From contig JAZRNB010000040.1 in NCBI GenBank assembly GCA_045647985.1, positions 3,293 through 67,292 on the forward strand: DNA of 64,000 nucleotides, given 5' to 3'. The DNA is from Acutalibacteraceae bacterium. Its GTDB lineage: Bacteria > Bacillota > Clostridia > Oscillospirales > Acutalibacteraceae. The position numbers were made by a program, and so were the translations under genes. The notes beneath the pieces were generated by a model. That model ran no database searches and was not told the DNA's origin. It worked only from the letters and a program-made list of their open reading frames with translations. Below are positions 48,819-57,114 of the stretch, in pieces; within the stretch, counting starts at the first letter, position 1, and each line of letters opens with the position of its first letter.

Positions 48819-49458
48819 ATTAGTTGATAATAATTATGTTTTAGAAGAAAACAGTGAAATAATATTCACAATAAATTCTATGGACTTAAAATTTATTTCA
48901 ATTGACTTTTATAATGGCTTATATGAAAACAAGTATCCTATAGTTTCTTTAGAATATGATATTGAAGACGATATACATAAAAAAGGCAAATATATATTTA
49001 ATTGGTTGACCGGTATTATCGATTCAATAAACAAGGAGTTTCCTAATGAATTAGATAAATGTAACTCTGATGAGGATGAGATTCATACTGAAAACAAAAC
49101 TGTCAAACTATTTGATTATGCTGCTTGTGCAGGAGATGGGTTTTATTTAGATGAAAACTCTTCTTATACACAAATAGAAACTACTATACTTGACGCTGAG
49201 TATGCAGTCAAGATATCTGGGCAAAGTATGGAGCCAACTATCAAGGATGGTACCGTGATTTTTGTTAAACCTACCGAAGAACTTGAAGCTAAGAGCATAG
49301 GATTATTTATTGTTGACGGTAACGTTATGTGCAAAAGATTAATTAAAAGAGGAAAAGGTACATTTTTAGTTCCTGACAACACTTCGGGTGAATATGAAGA
49401 AATTAACCTTAAAAAGGTTGATTCATATAAATTGTTAGGTAAAGTACTTGTTTATTGA
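48796..49458 (+). CDS. S24 (LexA/UmuD-type) peptidase-domain protein with an unknown N-terminal domain and no HTH
   Basis: The C-terminal half reads AACAGDG...KISGQSMEPTIKDGTVIFV...FIVDGNVMCKRL. Ser144 and Lys180 are spaced 36 residues apart (37 in LexA, as recalled). ATG follows a GGTGG RBS and overlaps the upstream gene by 23 nt. Confidence 0.7.
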   Translation: MKRLIRFKLVDNNYVLEENSEIIFTINSMDLKFISIDFYNGLYENKYPIVSLEYDIEDDIHKKGKYIFNWLTGIIDSINKEFPNELDKCNSDEDEIHTENKTVKLFDYAACAGDGFYLDENSSYTQIETTILDAEYAVKISGQSMEPTIKDGTVIFVKPTEELEAKSIGLFIVDGNVMCKRLIKRGKGTFLVPDNTSGEYEEINLKKVDSYKLLGKVLVY

Positions 49459-49537
49459 AAATATTAGTATATACACTTTTGGTTAGAAATATTGAGGTGT
49501 ATATTTAATGTAAATAATAAATGAAAGGAATGATATT

Positions 49538-51169
49538 ATGCCACGTCCAAATATGACAGGCTATAGTTTGCTTTTATCCTGTCCGGGAGATGTGTTAGAT
49601 TTAAAAGACACCGTTGAATCATGTGTTAAGAGTTTTAATGCTTCAATTGGAGAAATAAATAACATTTTTATTACTGTTAAGCATTGGTCTACTGATAGCT
49701 TTTCGCAATCAGGTGACAAGCCGCAAAACATCCTCAACAGTCAATTTGTCGACGATTGTGATTTATGCATAGCTCTTTTGGGTGGTCGTTTTGGAACACC
49801 AACTGATAATTATGATTCAGGAACAGAAGAAGAAATAGAGAGAATGATTGCCCAAAACAAACAAGTATTCTTATACTTTGTTGAACGAGATATAAACTTA
49901 GGTAGCATTGATATTGCTCAATACCAAAAAGTACAAAACTTTAAGAAAAAATATGCTGATAAGGGTGTTTACAGAGTTGTGAAAAGTGCAGAAGAATTAA
50001 GATCTTCTTTCCAAAACGCACTTTCTTTATATTTTATTAAATTAGCTGCGCCGCTCACTACCAATTTACAACCTGCACTCACTCCAGAATTGCTTATATC
50101 AACTGATGATGATATTTCTGAAAATATTGAGCCATTTTATAATGACTATATAGATTCTAAGTTTGTGCATGACAAAGAATCTGAAATTGCTTCCTTAATT
50201 GACGAAATATCAGCTTTTTCAATAGAAGTTTCTCCGGATACGACACAGAATAATGAAAATTCAGAGTATACCGATGAAGAAGTAAGCAATATGACTTTTG
50301 GAGAATTATCAAAAGCGGCTGAGAAAAACAAAGTATCTACAGCTCAAGTTAATAGATTTTTAGGAATCAAATCTCCAAGTTATGAACCTGCAGAAATTAT
50401 ACCGCAAGAAAAGGATATGATTATATCCTACTGTAAAGATAAGGGTATAGATTTAGATGATTCTTTTTGGTTTTTAGGTAATTTAAAAAAGAAAACTGCT
50501 TATCCAATGATAACTGTATGGGGAAATACAGACATTTCTTTCTCAGGCAGTAAATCTGAAGAGGAAAAATATGCATCTATACAGAAGCTGATTAGAAAAT
50601 TACGTGAGTATAATCATATAAGTGAATACTTTAAACAAATAGATGCTTATGCAACGCTTTCTCTTATCGTTAGTAATATTGGTAACACTTACGATGAAGA
50701 TATAGATGTTAAGTTGTATATACCCAAAGGATGTTTACTTTTCAGTGACGAAATCCCAAAGCCAGGTCTATTCTTTCTGGATAAAGCGGTAGATATTAAA
50801 CTGCCTAACATTATATTTAGAGGAAGTAATCATCCTGAAATTGACGATTACTCTCAATATCCAATTGAACATTATGTTACACCTATGTTGGCAAACCTAT
50901 TCAAGAGCAGAGACGATGAAATAGAAGCGCAAAGACAAGAATATGATAATTATGTTGAACGCATTTTTTGTTATGAAATAAAAGAAACGAATGAGCTTGA
51001 TGTACTTTGTTTTAACATCCCATATTTAAAACAGCACACAAAAATGTTTTTTCCTTCATATCTGCTTTTTAACGATATTCCTGATGAAATCCGATATGAC
51101 ATTCGAGCCAAGCGGTCACCGGATGTGTATAGAGGTATACTTACCATAAAAAAAGATATTGTTGACTAA
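49538..51169 (+). CDS. DUF4062-like (TIR/flavodoxin-like) N-terminal domain protein with an unknown ~400-aa C-terminal region
   Basis: Residues about 10-120 (LLLSCPGDVLDLKD...CDLCIALLGGRFGTP...SGTEEEIERMIAQNKQVFLYFVE) follow the DUF4062 pattern as recalled (fISs..D...cD.fv.ilg.rYG...S.TE.E...A....k.vl.F). The remainder is unrecognised. Confidence 0.5.
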   Translation: MPRPNMTGYSLLLSCPGDVLDLKDTVESCVKSFNASIGEINNIFITVKHWSTDSFSQSGDKPQNILNSQFVDDCDLCIALLGGRFGTPTDNYDSGTEEEIERMIAQNKQVFLYFVERDINLGSIDIAQYQKVQNFKKKYADKGVYRVVKSAEELRSSFQNALSLYFIKLAAPLTTNLQPALTPELLISTDDDISENIEPFYNDYIDSKFVHDKESEIASLIDEISAFSIEVSPDTTQNNENSEYTDEEVSNMTFGELSKAAEKNKVSTAQVNRFLGIKSPSYEPAEIIPQEKDMIISYCKDKGIDLDDSFWFLGNLKKKTAYPMITVWGNTDISFSGSKSEEEKYASIQKLIRKLREYNHISEYFKQIDAYATLSLIVSNIGNTYDEDIDVKLYIPKGCLLFSDEIPKPGLFFLDKAVDIKLPNIIFRGSNHPEIDDYSQYPIEHYVTPMLANLFKSRDDEIEAQRQEYDNYVERIFCYEIKETNELDVLCFNIPYLKQHTKMFFPSYLLFNDIPDEIRYDIRAKRSPDVYRGILTIKKDIVD

Positions 51170-51314
51170 CATATGAAAAAAACTTTTATGGTACATAAAA
51201 AAAGCGATTCTTTGCAGAAACATTATTTTTTTTAAGTATTCCCAACGACAGAAGTTAATCAAATGAGGAACTGTTTCAGCAGAACCGTCAACATCTCAAC
51301 CAAAAACATTCAAA

Positions 51315-51360
51315 TCCCCGTTGTCACAGTAACCTGCACCAACGGGGATTTTCCTTTTTT
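51315..51360 (+). terminator. Rho-independent terminator of the three-gene operon
   Basis: Stem tccccgtt / aacgggga followed by ttttcctttttt, 146 nt after the stop of the third gene. Confidence 0.65.
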
Positions 51361-51768
51361 ATGCATCCTTAAAACACACTGTGTCCTTCAAACACTCACG
51401 CCTTTTTACATAGGTTTGGTTAACAGCTGGATATTCGGTGTTAGGTAGAGTAGTTTTCGCAAGGTAGTGATAAATCTTAAACGCTACAATAATATAGTTT
51501 TTTAGTGATGTATGAAAGCATATCTTTTTTGCTCATTTTTCCAAAGATGCTATCATTAAAGATTTTTAGTGTACTTTCATCCGGTAATGATTTGATAAAT
51601 GTTTCTAACTGTTCCGTTATAAAACTACAGTCTTTAACCGCACTCAGAGTTATCTTGATTTCTGATGCTTCGTTCATCTGTAATATTATTAATAGTACCT
51701 GTACACGTAATACTGAAAAATACAAAGTATCTGCTTTGTGTAGCAGAGGACAGTTTAGGTGAAATATA

Positions 51769-51807
51769 CGGTGTAGTCAGTTGCGGCTACACCGTGTTTT
51801 CATTTTT
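51769..51807 (+). terminator. Stem-loop plus T-tract abutting the 3' end of the recombinase gene
   Basis: Stem cggtgtag / ctacaccg followed by tgttttcattttt. It would block plus-strand read-through into the antisense strand of the recombinase gene. Confidence 0.45.
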
Positions 51808-53518
51808 ACGAAGCTTTTTTAGCGTAAGCTTTCATTTCTTCTTTTGTCTTTTCTAACATTTCAGCATCAGGAAACTGCATAACACCTACTCCCACAAAGT
51901 GTATTTTTATGGTGACATGTTTCTTTCCGTCTTCACCTCTTACTCGGTCAAAGACTTCAATTTTGTCAATGAGCTTATTAACAATAGAAGGTGTCAGTTC
52001 CTTCAAGTCAGTACACTGACGAATGTTAGAAAGAAAGTTTCTGGCATCAACATTTTCTTGCTGTGCGGTATTGATAAGTTTCTCAGCATCCTCAACCTTT
52101 TGCATTAAATCCATCTGCTCATTTTCATAGTTGGTTAACATTCGGTTGTAACGGTAATCAGGCAGTTTGCCAAGAACATTTTGTTCAAATACCGCCTCAA
52201 TGAGTTTATCCAACTCCTGTATGCGTTTCTTGTTTTTCTCAAGCTCATACTTTGCTTCTTTAAGGTTGTTCGCGATACTAAGTCTGTGTTGCTTTGCGAA
52301 GAGATACAGAAACAGTCGTTCATATTCAGTAATATATTCTGCCGCTTCTCGTATAGTTTTGAGCACCATTTTCTCTAACACTACATTTCTGATATAGTGA
52401 ATAGAACAACTGCCTCTGTTTTCCTTATAAGCGGAGCAACGGAAGAACTCCTGATGTTCTTTAACACTTTTTGCGGCACAGAAATATAGTTTTGAACCAC
52501 AATCTCCACAGTAAACCAATCCCGAAAATATACTTTGCCTGCCCGTCGCTGTATTTCTGCGGCGGTGTTTGTTTATTTCCTGAACTCGTTCCCAAGTATC
52601 CATATCAATAATAGGTTCCTGTGTGTTCGGTATGATAACCCAATCTTCAGCATCGTTATATACCGTTTTATGAACCTTGAAGCTGACAGTTGTTGACTTG
52701 AAATTTACAGTGCAACCTGTGTATTGCATATTCTCAAGGATATGCTTTACACTTGTTTCTTGCCATTCATATGAAGTGGTGAGAGCATTTCTTGTTTTTC
52801 GTCCTATAGAATAGAAATATGCAGTAGGTGTCAGTATTTCCTCGCTTTCAAGTCTTCGGGCAATCTTTCTGATACCTAACCCCTCAATCGCTAACTGATA
52901 AATATATCTGACTACCTTTGCAGCAGGCTCATCAATTACCCATTGTTTAGGGTTCTCTTTATCCTTTTTGTAACCGTAAGGCACCATAGCGGAAACTCTT
53001 TCTCCGTTATCGGATTTTGATTGCCACACCTGACGAATTTTCTTGCTTGTCTGTGAAGCATACCACTCATTAAACAGATTGTGAAATGGCATCATTTCCG
53101 TTCCCTTGCCGCTTATGGTTTCAACGTTCTCCTGAATAGATATAAAGTTCACACCTAAAGACGGATAAAGCACCTGAGTATAGTGGTCAAACAATATATG
53201 CTCACGTCCAAAACGGGATAAATCCTTTACAATAACAGTACCGATTTCACCTGTTTCTATCATACGCTCCATACGCTGAAAGTCAGGTCTGTCAAAAGTT
53301 GTACCTGATATACCGTCATCAACAAAGAACATTGTATTCTTGTAGCCGTGCTTTTTGGCATAGTCTGCAAGAATACGTTTTTGATTAGTAATGCTGTTGG
53401 ATTCTGAATCCTTGTTGTTATCCTTATCCTTATCTTTATCCTTTATATCGTCAACAGATAAACGGCAGTATAATGCGGTTATTTTTTCATTAATATTTTT
53501 CTCGGCTTTCTTTGCCAT
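51806..53518 (-). CDS. Large serine recombinase (TnpX/TndX-like)
   Basis: The N-terminal resolvase domain has the catalytic Ser in ALYCRLSVDD, plus VIVKDLSRFGR. A recombinase domain and a Cys-rich zinc-ribbon region (CGDCGSKLY...FRCSAY) follow, then a C-terminal coiled coil. ATG 53518 follows a GGAG RBS. Confidence 0.85.
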   Translation of the reverse strand: MAKKAEKNINEKITALYCRLSVDDIKDKDKDKDNNKDSESNSITNQKRILADYAKKHGYKNTMFFVDDGISGTTFDRPDFQRMERMIETGEIGTVIVKDLSRFGREHILFDHYTQVLYPSLGVNFISIQENVETISGKGTEMMPFHNLFNEWYASQTSKKIRQVWQSKSDNGERVSAMVPYGYKKDKENPKQWVIDEPAAKVVRYIYQLAIEGLGIRKIARRLESEEILTPTAYFYSIGRKTRNALTTSYEWQETSVKHILENMQYTGCTVNFKSTTVSFKVHKTVYNDAEDWVIIPNTQEPIIDMDTWERVQEINKHRRRNTATGRQSIFSGLVYCGDCGSKLYFCAAKSVKEHQEFFRCSAYKENRGSCSIHYIRNVVLEKMVLKTIREAAEYITEYERLFLYLFAKQHRLSIANNLKEAKYELEKNKKRIQELDKLIEAVFEQNVLGKLPDYRYNRMLTNYENEQMDLMQKVEDAEKLINTAQQENVDARNFLSNIRQCTDLKELTPSIVNKLIDKIEVFDRVRGEDGKKHVTIKIHFVGVGVMQFPDAEMLEKTKEEMKAYAKKAS

Positions 53519-53604
53519 AATTAAAACTCCTTTCCGGAAGCCGAGCATTGCATTAGGTGTTTCCATTTTACAATGCCCGACTGCCGTTTTTCAAATGTGT
53601 GATT

Positions 53605-53886
53605 TTATGACAGCTGTTCTGACAGTATAATTTCTTTAAACTGCTGTAACAACGATTTATTTAACTTACCGTCAAAGACACCTGTTACATCATAAACAAT
53701 ACCGTGTATCTGTTCTGAAACTTTGATTTCATCGGGAACAGTCTGCATTTCTTCCGTTCTCTTTATTTCGTCAGGCTTTGGAATTGCATACTCCATTAAA
53801 TCAACCGGGATATCAGCATTTATTCTGCCTGAACCTTTTCTTGAAACAAGCTTAGGAGCTATTGAAAGTTTCTTCATCCGCATCAC
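53605..53886 (-). CDS. Small hypothetical protein in the mob-parB-recombinase operon
   Basis: 93-aa ORF whose ATG overlaps the ParB-like stop by 4 nt (translational coupling). No motif was recognised. Confidence 0.4.
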   Translation of the reverse strand: MMRMKKLSIAPKLVSRKGSGRINADIPVDLMEYAIPKPDEIKRTEEMQTVPDEIKVSEQIHGIVYDVTGVFDGKLNKSLLQQFKEIILSEQLS

Positions 53887-54818
53887 CTCGCATCCCTGTT
53901 TCTCTGTCGCTGAAGATATTTGTGGTAATATTCCAGAGCTTTTAAGATATGCTCCTCTTTCTGCTGTTTGCTATAGTTTTTACCGAAGAATTTGTTAATA
54001 CGTTCTTCAGGGATTTTAATAGCTTCTGCCTGATTAGGCTTTGGTGCAGTCAGAATTGCTAACACTGTATCTGCACTAAGCTGATTCTGTTCAGAGAGTT
54101 TACGCATTTTCTGTGCCTGTGCAAGTGAGGGAGTGACCTCATCACTCTCATAGGTTTCAAAAATCATCATCTGCTCTTCGGGAGTAAGATATGAGATTTC
54201 AACCGCAGGTCGCATTGCAATTCTGCCTTCATCAACAAGGTTAAGAAGCGACATTTCAAGGTTAGTCAGACGGATATACCTCTTGATTTGAGTTGCACTG
54301 TCTTCGCTATCCTTGGAAATTTTTTCTGCAGAGCTCAACTTTGGACCCACCGGGTCCGAAGTTAAATCCGTGCGTTTACCTTGCTTTTTAATAGCATCCA
54401 TTTTCATCTTATAGGCAAAGGCTTTTTCCGAGGGCAGAATATGCTCACGGTGCAGATTACTGTCAACGAGAATAATATCTGCTTCCTCTTTGCTTATGTC
54501 CAATACAACAACGGGAACCTCTGCTATTTTCAGCCTTGTTGCCGCAAGGTATCTTCTGTGACCTGATATGATTTCATATATATCAGCCTTATCATCCTTA
54601 CGCACCATAAGGGGTTGGATAATACCATTATCACGGATACTATCTTCCAACGGCTTCATATCTTCCTCACGGCACTTATACGGATTCTTAAAATTAGGAA
54701 CAATACTGCTCATAGGCATCTTTATGATTTCTGTTGTCTGAGGCTTTACCGCCTCTGTTTCTTTGGATTCTTCTGTTTTCTCAAACAGGGTGTTAATAAA
54801 ATTATCTTCTTTATTCAT
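53883..54818 (-). CDS. ParB/Spo0J-like N-terminal domain protein
   Basis: IIQPLMVRKDD...YEIISGHRRYLAATRL is a ParB-box (GxRR). 311 aa. It starts 4 nt after the relaxase stop. Confidence 0.75.
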   Translation of the reverse strand: MNKEDNFINTLFEKTEESKETEAVKPQTTEIIKMPMSSIVPNFKNPYKCREEDMKPLEDSIRDNGIIQPLMVRKDDKADIYEIISGHRRYLAATRLKIAEVPVVVLDISKEEADIILVDSNLHREHILPSEKAFAYKMKMDAIKKQGKRTDLTSDPVGPKLSSAEKISKDSEDSATQIKRYIRLTNLEMSLLNLVDEGRIAMRPAVEISYLTPEEQMMIFETYESDEVTPSLAQAQKMRKLSEQNQLSADTVLAILTAPKPNQAEAIKIPEERINKFFGKNYSKQQKEEHILKALEYYHKYLQRQRNRDAR

Positions 54819-54822
54819 TTAA

Positions 54823-56022
54823 TTACCTCTCTTTTCTGATATCAATTTTTTTATTGGTTTTCTCTTTTCGGACAGTTTTTAGCACATCCGAGATAAATGC
54901 TTTAACTTTTTCAGGCATTGCTTTTAGTGCTTCAAGGTACGGTGCACAGATCTGTTCAAGCTCACTAAGCCTTTTACTCAGTCTGTTTATATGGCTCTGC
55001 AATTCCCAATTCCTTTTTCGAAGTCTTTCATTTTCTCCCTCAAGGTCAAAAATCTTACTCCTTGCCGCAACGGACTGCTTTGCCATATTGCTCAGATCAT
55101 TGAAATCTTCACTTGAAATTGTCACTTTACCCGTTAGGGTTTTCTTACCCATACCGTCAATCTCGTTGAATGTCTTATGCACGGTCTTAATTTCATCGTA
55201 TCTGACTTTTTCCGTCTGCAATCGTTCCTTGATTTCTTCAAGCCTCTTTTTATCCTGCTGAATCTCATATTGCAGACAAGACAGATGCTCAGCCGTACTG
55301 CCTTTCTCACCACGAATGAAATCATTAAAACCGGCTTTTTGCATGTGATTGAAGAAATCATCCTGCAAAATACTGTAGGACGGAATCAGCACAGGTTTAC
55401 CTTTTTCATTGAATATGACATTACCGTTTTCATCCACAGCCTGAGGTGACTTCCATTTCTTTGAATGGCTTATCTGATTGACAGTTTCTTTTACAGTACC
55501 TACAAGTGATTTATCTTTGCATCGCTTTGTCCACAGAATTTGCTTTTCCACAACAGGCAGAGCTACAAGGTGCATATGATAGTGATATACCGGTTTCCCG
55601 TACTGTTCTGTGAGCGCCACATTCAGTTCATCAGCGTGCATAACGGCAGATAAAATATTCTGTTCACCGTAGAGATTAACTGCGAAACGATAGGCTTCTG
55701 CATAAAACTCTTTTGCATATTCATAACCGCCGTGAGTTTCAAAGTAGTCTGTGTTTACATCGAATATGACTTCATCAAAGACCTTCGCATCAGCTTTAAG
55801 ACCACGCATACAGACTCTCTTTTCGGCTATTAGTTTGTTCAGTTGTTCGTTGTAGGTCAGTTCTTCGCAACTCTTGAAATGCACATTCATATCAGAGTGA
55901 GCCATATCAACATTCATGTTTGCGTAAGACTCATTCTTTCTCTCATTGTGCCTTTCACACTTACCGATTGTGCTTTGTGTATGAGTGACAACTCTTGCTA
56001 CACTGTAGTTTTTCTTAGACAT
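54823..56022 (-). CDS. MobV-family (Mob/Pre) relaxase
   Basis: MSKKNYSVARV...GKCERHNERKN (the HxxR motif) and VMHADE...YHYHMHLVALP (the HxDE...HxH motif), with a coiled-coil C-terminus. ATG 56022 follows GGAAGGAG. The longer ORF starting at 56148 is probably not used. Confidence 0.8.
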   Translation of the reverse strand: MSKKNYSVARVVTHTQSTIGKCERHNERKNESYANMNVDMAHSDMNVHFKSCEELTYNEQLNKLIAEKRVCMRGLKADAKVFDEVIFDVNTDYFETHGGYEYAKEFYAEAYRFAVNLYGEQNILSAVMHADELNVALTEQYGKPVYHYHMHLVALPVVEKQILWTKRCKDKSLVGTVKETVNQISHSKKWKSPQAVDENGNVIFNEKGKPVLIPSYSILQDDFFNHMQKAGFNDFIRGEKGSTAEHLSCLQYEIQQDKKRLEEIKERLQTEKVRYDEIKTVHKTFNEIDGMGKKTLTGKVTISSEDFNDLSNMAKQSVAARSKIFDLEGENERLRKRNWELQSHINRLSKRLSELEQICAPYLEALKAMPEKVKAFISDVLKTVRKEKTNKKIDIRKER

Positions 56023-56149
56023 AGGTTTATCTCCTTCCTGCATTACTGCTTTATTTGTTCCGCTGACTTTCTTCGAAAGTGCGTAACCCACTATGACACT
56101 TTCACGGATTTCCCGTGCAAAGATGTCAGTGGGCTCTGCGAGGCTCATA

Positions 56150-56206
56150 AACTAAAATTTATCGCTTATCAAGGGAGCGACAAACTTTAGTTGCGGTATA
56201 TACCGC
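56150..56206. promoter_or_regulatory. Compound inverted repeats upstream of the relaxase gene (oriT or operator candidate)
   Basis: A nested hairpin aactaaa-tcgct...agcga-tttagtt (56150-56192) is followed directly by the perfect 14-bp palindrome gcggtatataccgc (56193-56206). The structure lies 128-184 nt upstream of the mob start. Confidence 0.35.
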
Positions 56207-56357
56207 AGACGAGCTTCGCTATGTAAGGGTGGCTGTAGTATCCTTTATGCCGTGTTACGTTTGAGGGGACAGTTATTATATAAAGAAATTGCACCTAAAA
56301 GTAATGGGAACAAGCCACATAAAATTGTTCCTGATTTTCAGAAATACTTTTTAGAAA

Positions 56358-56556
56358 ACAAAAAAGCCGTCACACAGACAGCACAAATAGCGAGAAGACA
56401 TTTCATCCTCTCGCATAGTTTATACTGAAACTATGTAACGGCTTAAATTTTAAGCACTGATTGTCCGTATGTTACTGACCGAGTATCGGACTATACTTTC
56501 TTCAGTCAGATAATATGTGTGGCATAAAGCCAATAAGTAAAAAATATGTGTTTCAG
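56358..56556. repeat. Direct repeat copy 1 (~199 bp)
   Basis: By hand alignment it is about 87% identical to 63098-63295. It contains several hairpins and, on the minus strand, a stem followed by a T6 run. Confidence 0.85.
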
Positions 56557-57075
56557 TTTGTATTAAGTTGTAAGGCAAATACATTATTTACCAATTTACC
56601 ATTATAAAGAACATTTGTTCTTTTGTCAATGATTTTCTACAAATTTCTTGCCGTTTCACCTGAAATAGTTCCTACCCCGGAATCTCACTACAGCGTTGCC
56701 TTGCTCGTATCATCGCAAAGTCGTATCACTTTCAGACGGTCATTAAATTTTCAAGGTGCATAAAAGCAAAAAAGTCCTCACCTCCGATGAACAGAGGAAA
56801 GGACTTTTACCGTCGGTATCACGCAAGACAAACAAAAAAAAACACCGCTGAAATAAGTACAGATTGCCTCTGTTCTTATCTTCATACGGTGCTTGGGTAG
56901 TCAATAATATTGCTCCGCTTACGCGCTACAAAGTTATTTGTATTAAATTGTGTTTTAAGTATACAGAACTGATACATGCTTGTCAATAGTTTTTTGCAAA
57001 TTAAAGTTCGTGTTGGTGGAAAAAGTTATGAAGTAACAAGTGAATGTAAACGGATTGAATTTTATGGTGTTGGTG

Positions 57076-57084
57076 TGATATAAT
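57076..57084 (+). promoter_or_regulatory. Extended -10 promoter element upstream of the cargo operon
   Basis: TGaTATAAT lies 31 nt upstream of the NUDIX ATG. No good -35 box is present. Confidence 0.4.
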
Positions 57085-57114
57085 GTGCTTATTAGAATTA
57101 TGGGGGGTGAAAAT

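Noticed and set aside
51477-51725. 82-aa minus-strand ORF just downstream of the recombinase gene.
   Set aside because: It has no recognisable motif and no convincing RBS, and it overlaps an equally long plus-strand ORF. It cannot be supported as a gene from sequence alone and is left unannotated.
53400-53455. Short tandem (atcctt)-like repeat.
   Set aside because: It lies inside the recombinase gene and encodes a KDKDKDKD low-complexity linker just after the catalytic Ser region. It is not a separate repeat feature.
56023-56148. 42-codon N-terminal extension of the relaxase ORF.
   Set aside because: Mob/Pre proteins begin close to the MS..Y.V.R...HxxR block, and ATG 56022 has a strong GGAAGGAG RBS. 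The upstream part more likely belongs to the regulatory/oriT region.
56363-56439. A 77-nt segment of repeat copy 1 closed by a 7-bp stem, the size of a tRNA.
   Set aside because: No D-loop or T-loop consensus (GG / GTTCRANYC) is present, and no cloverleaf can be drawn on either strand.
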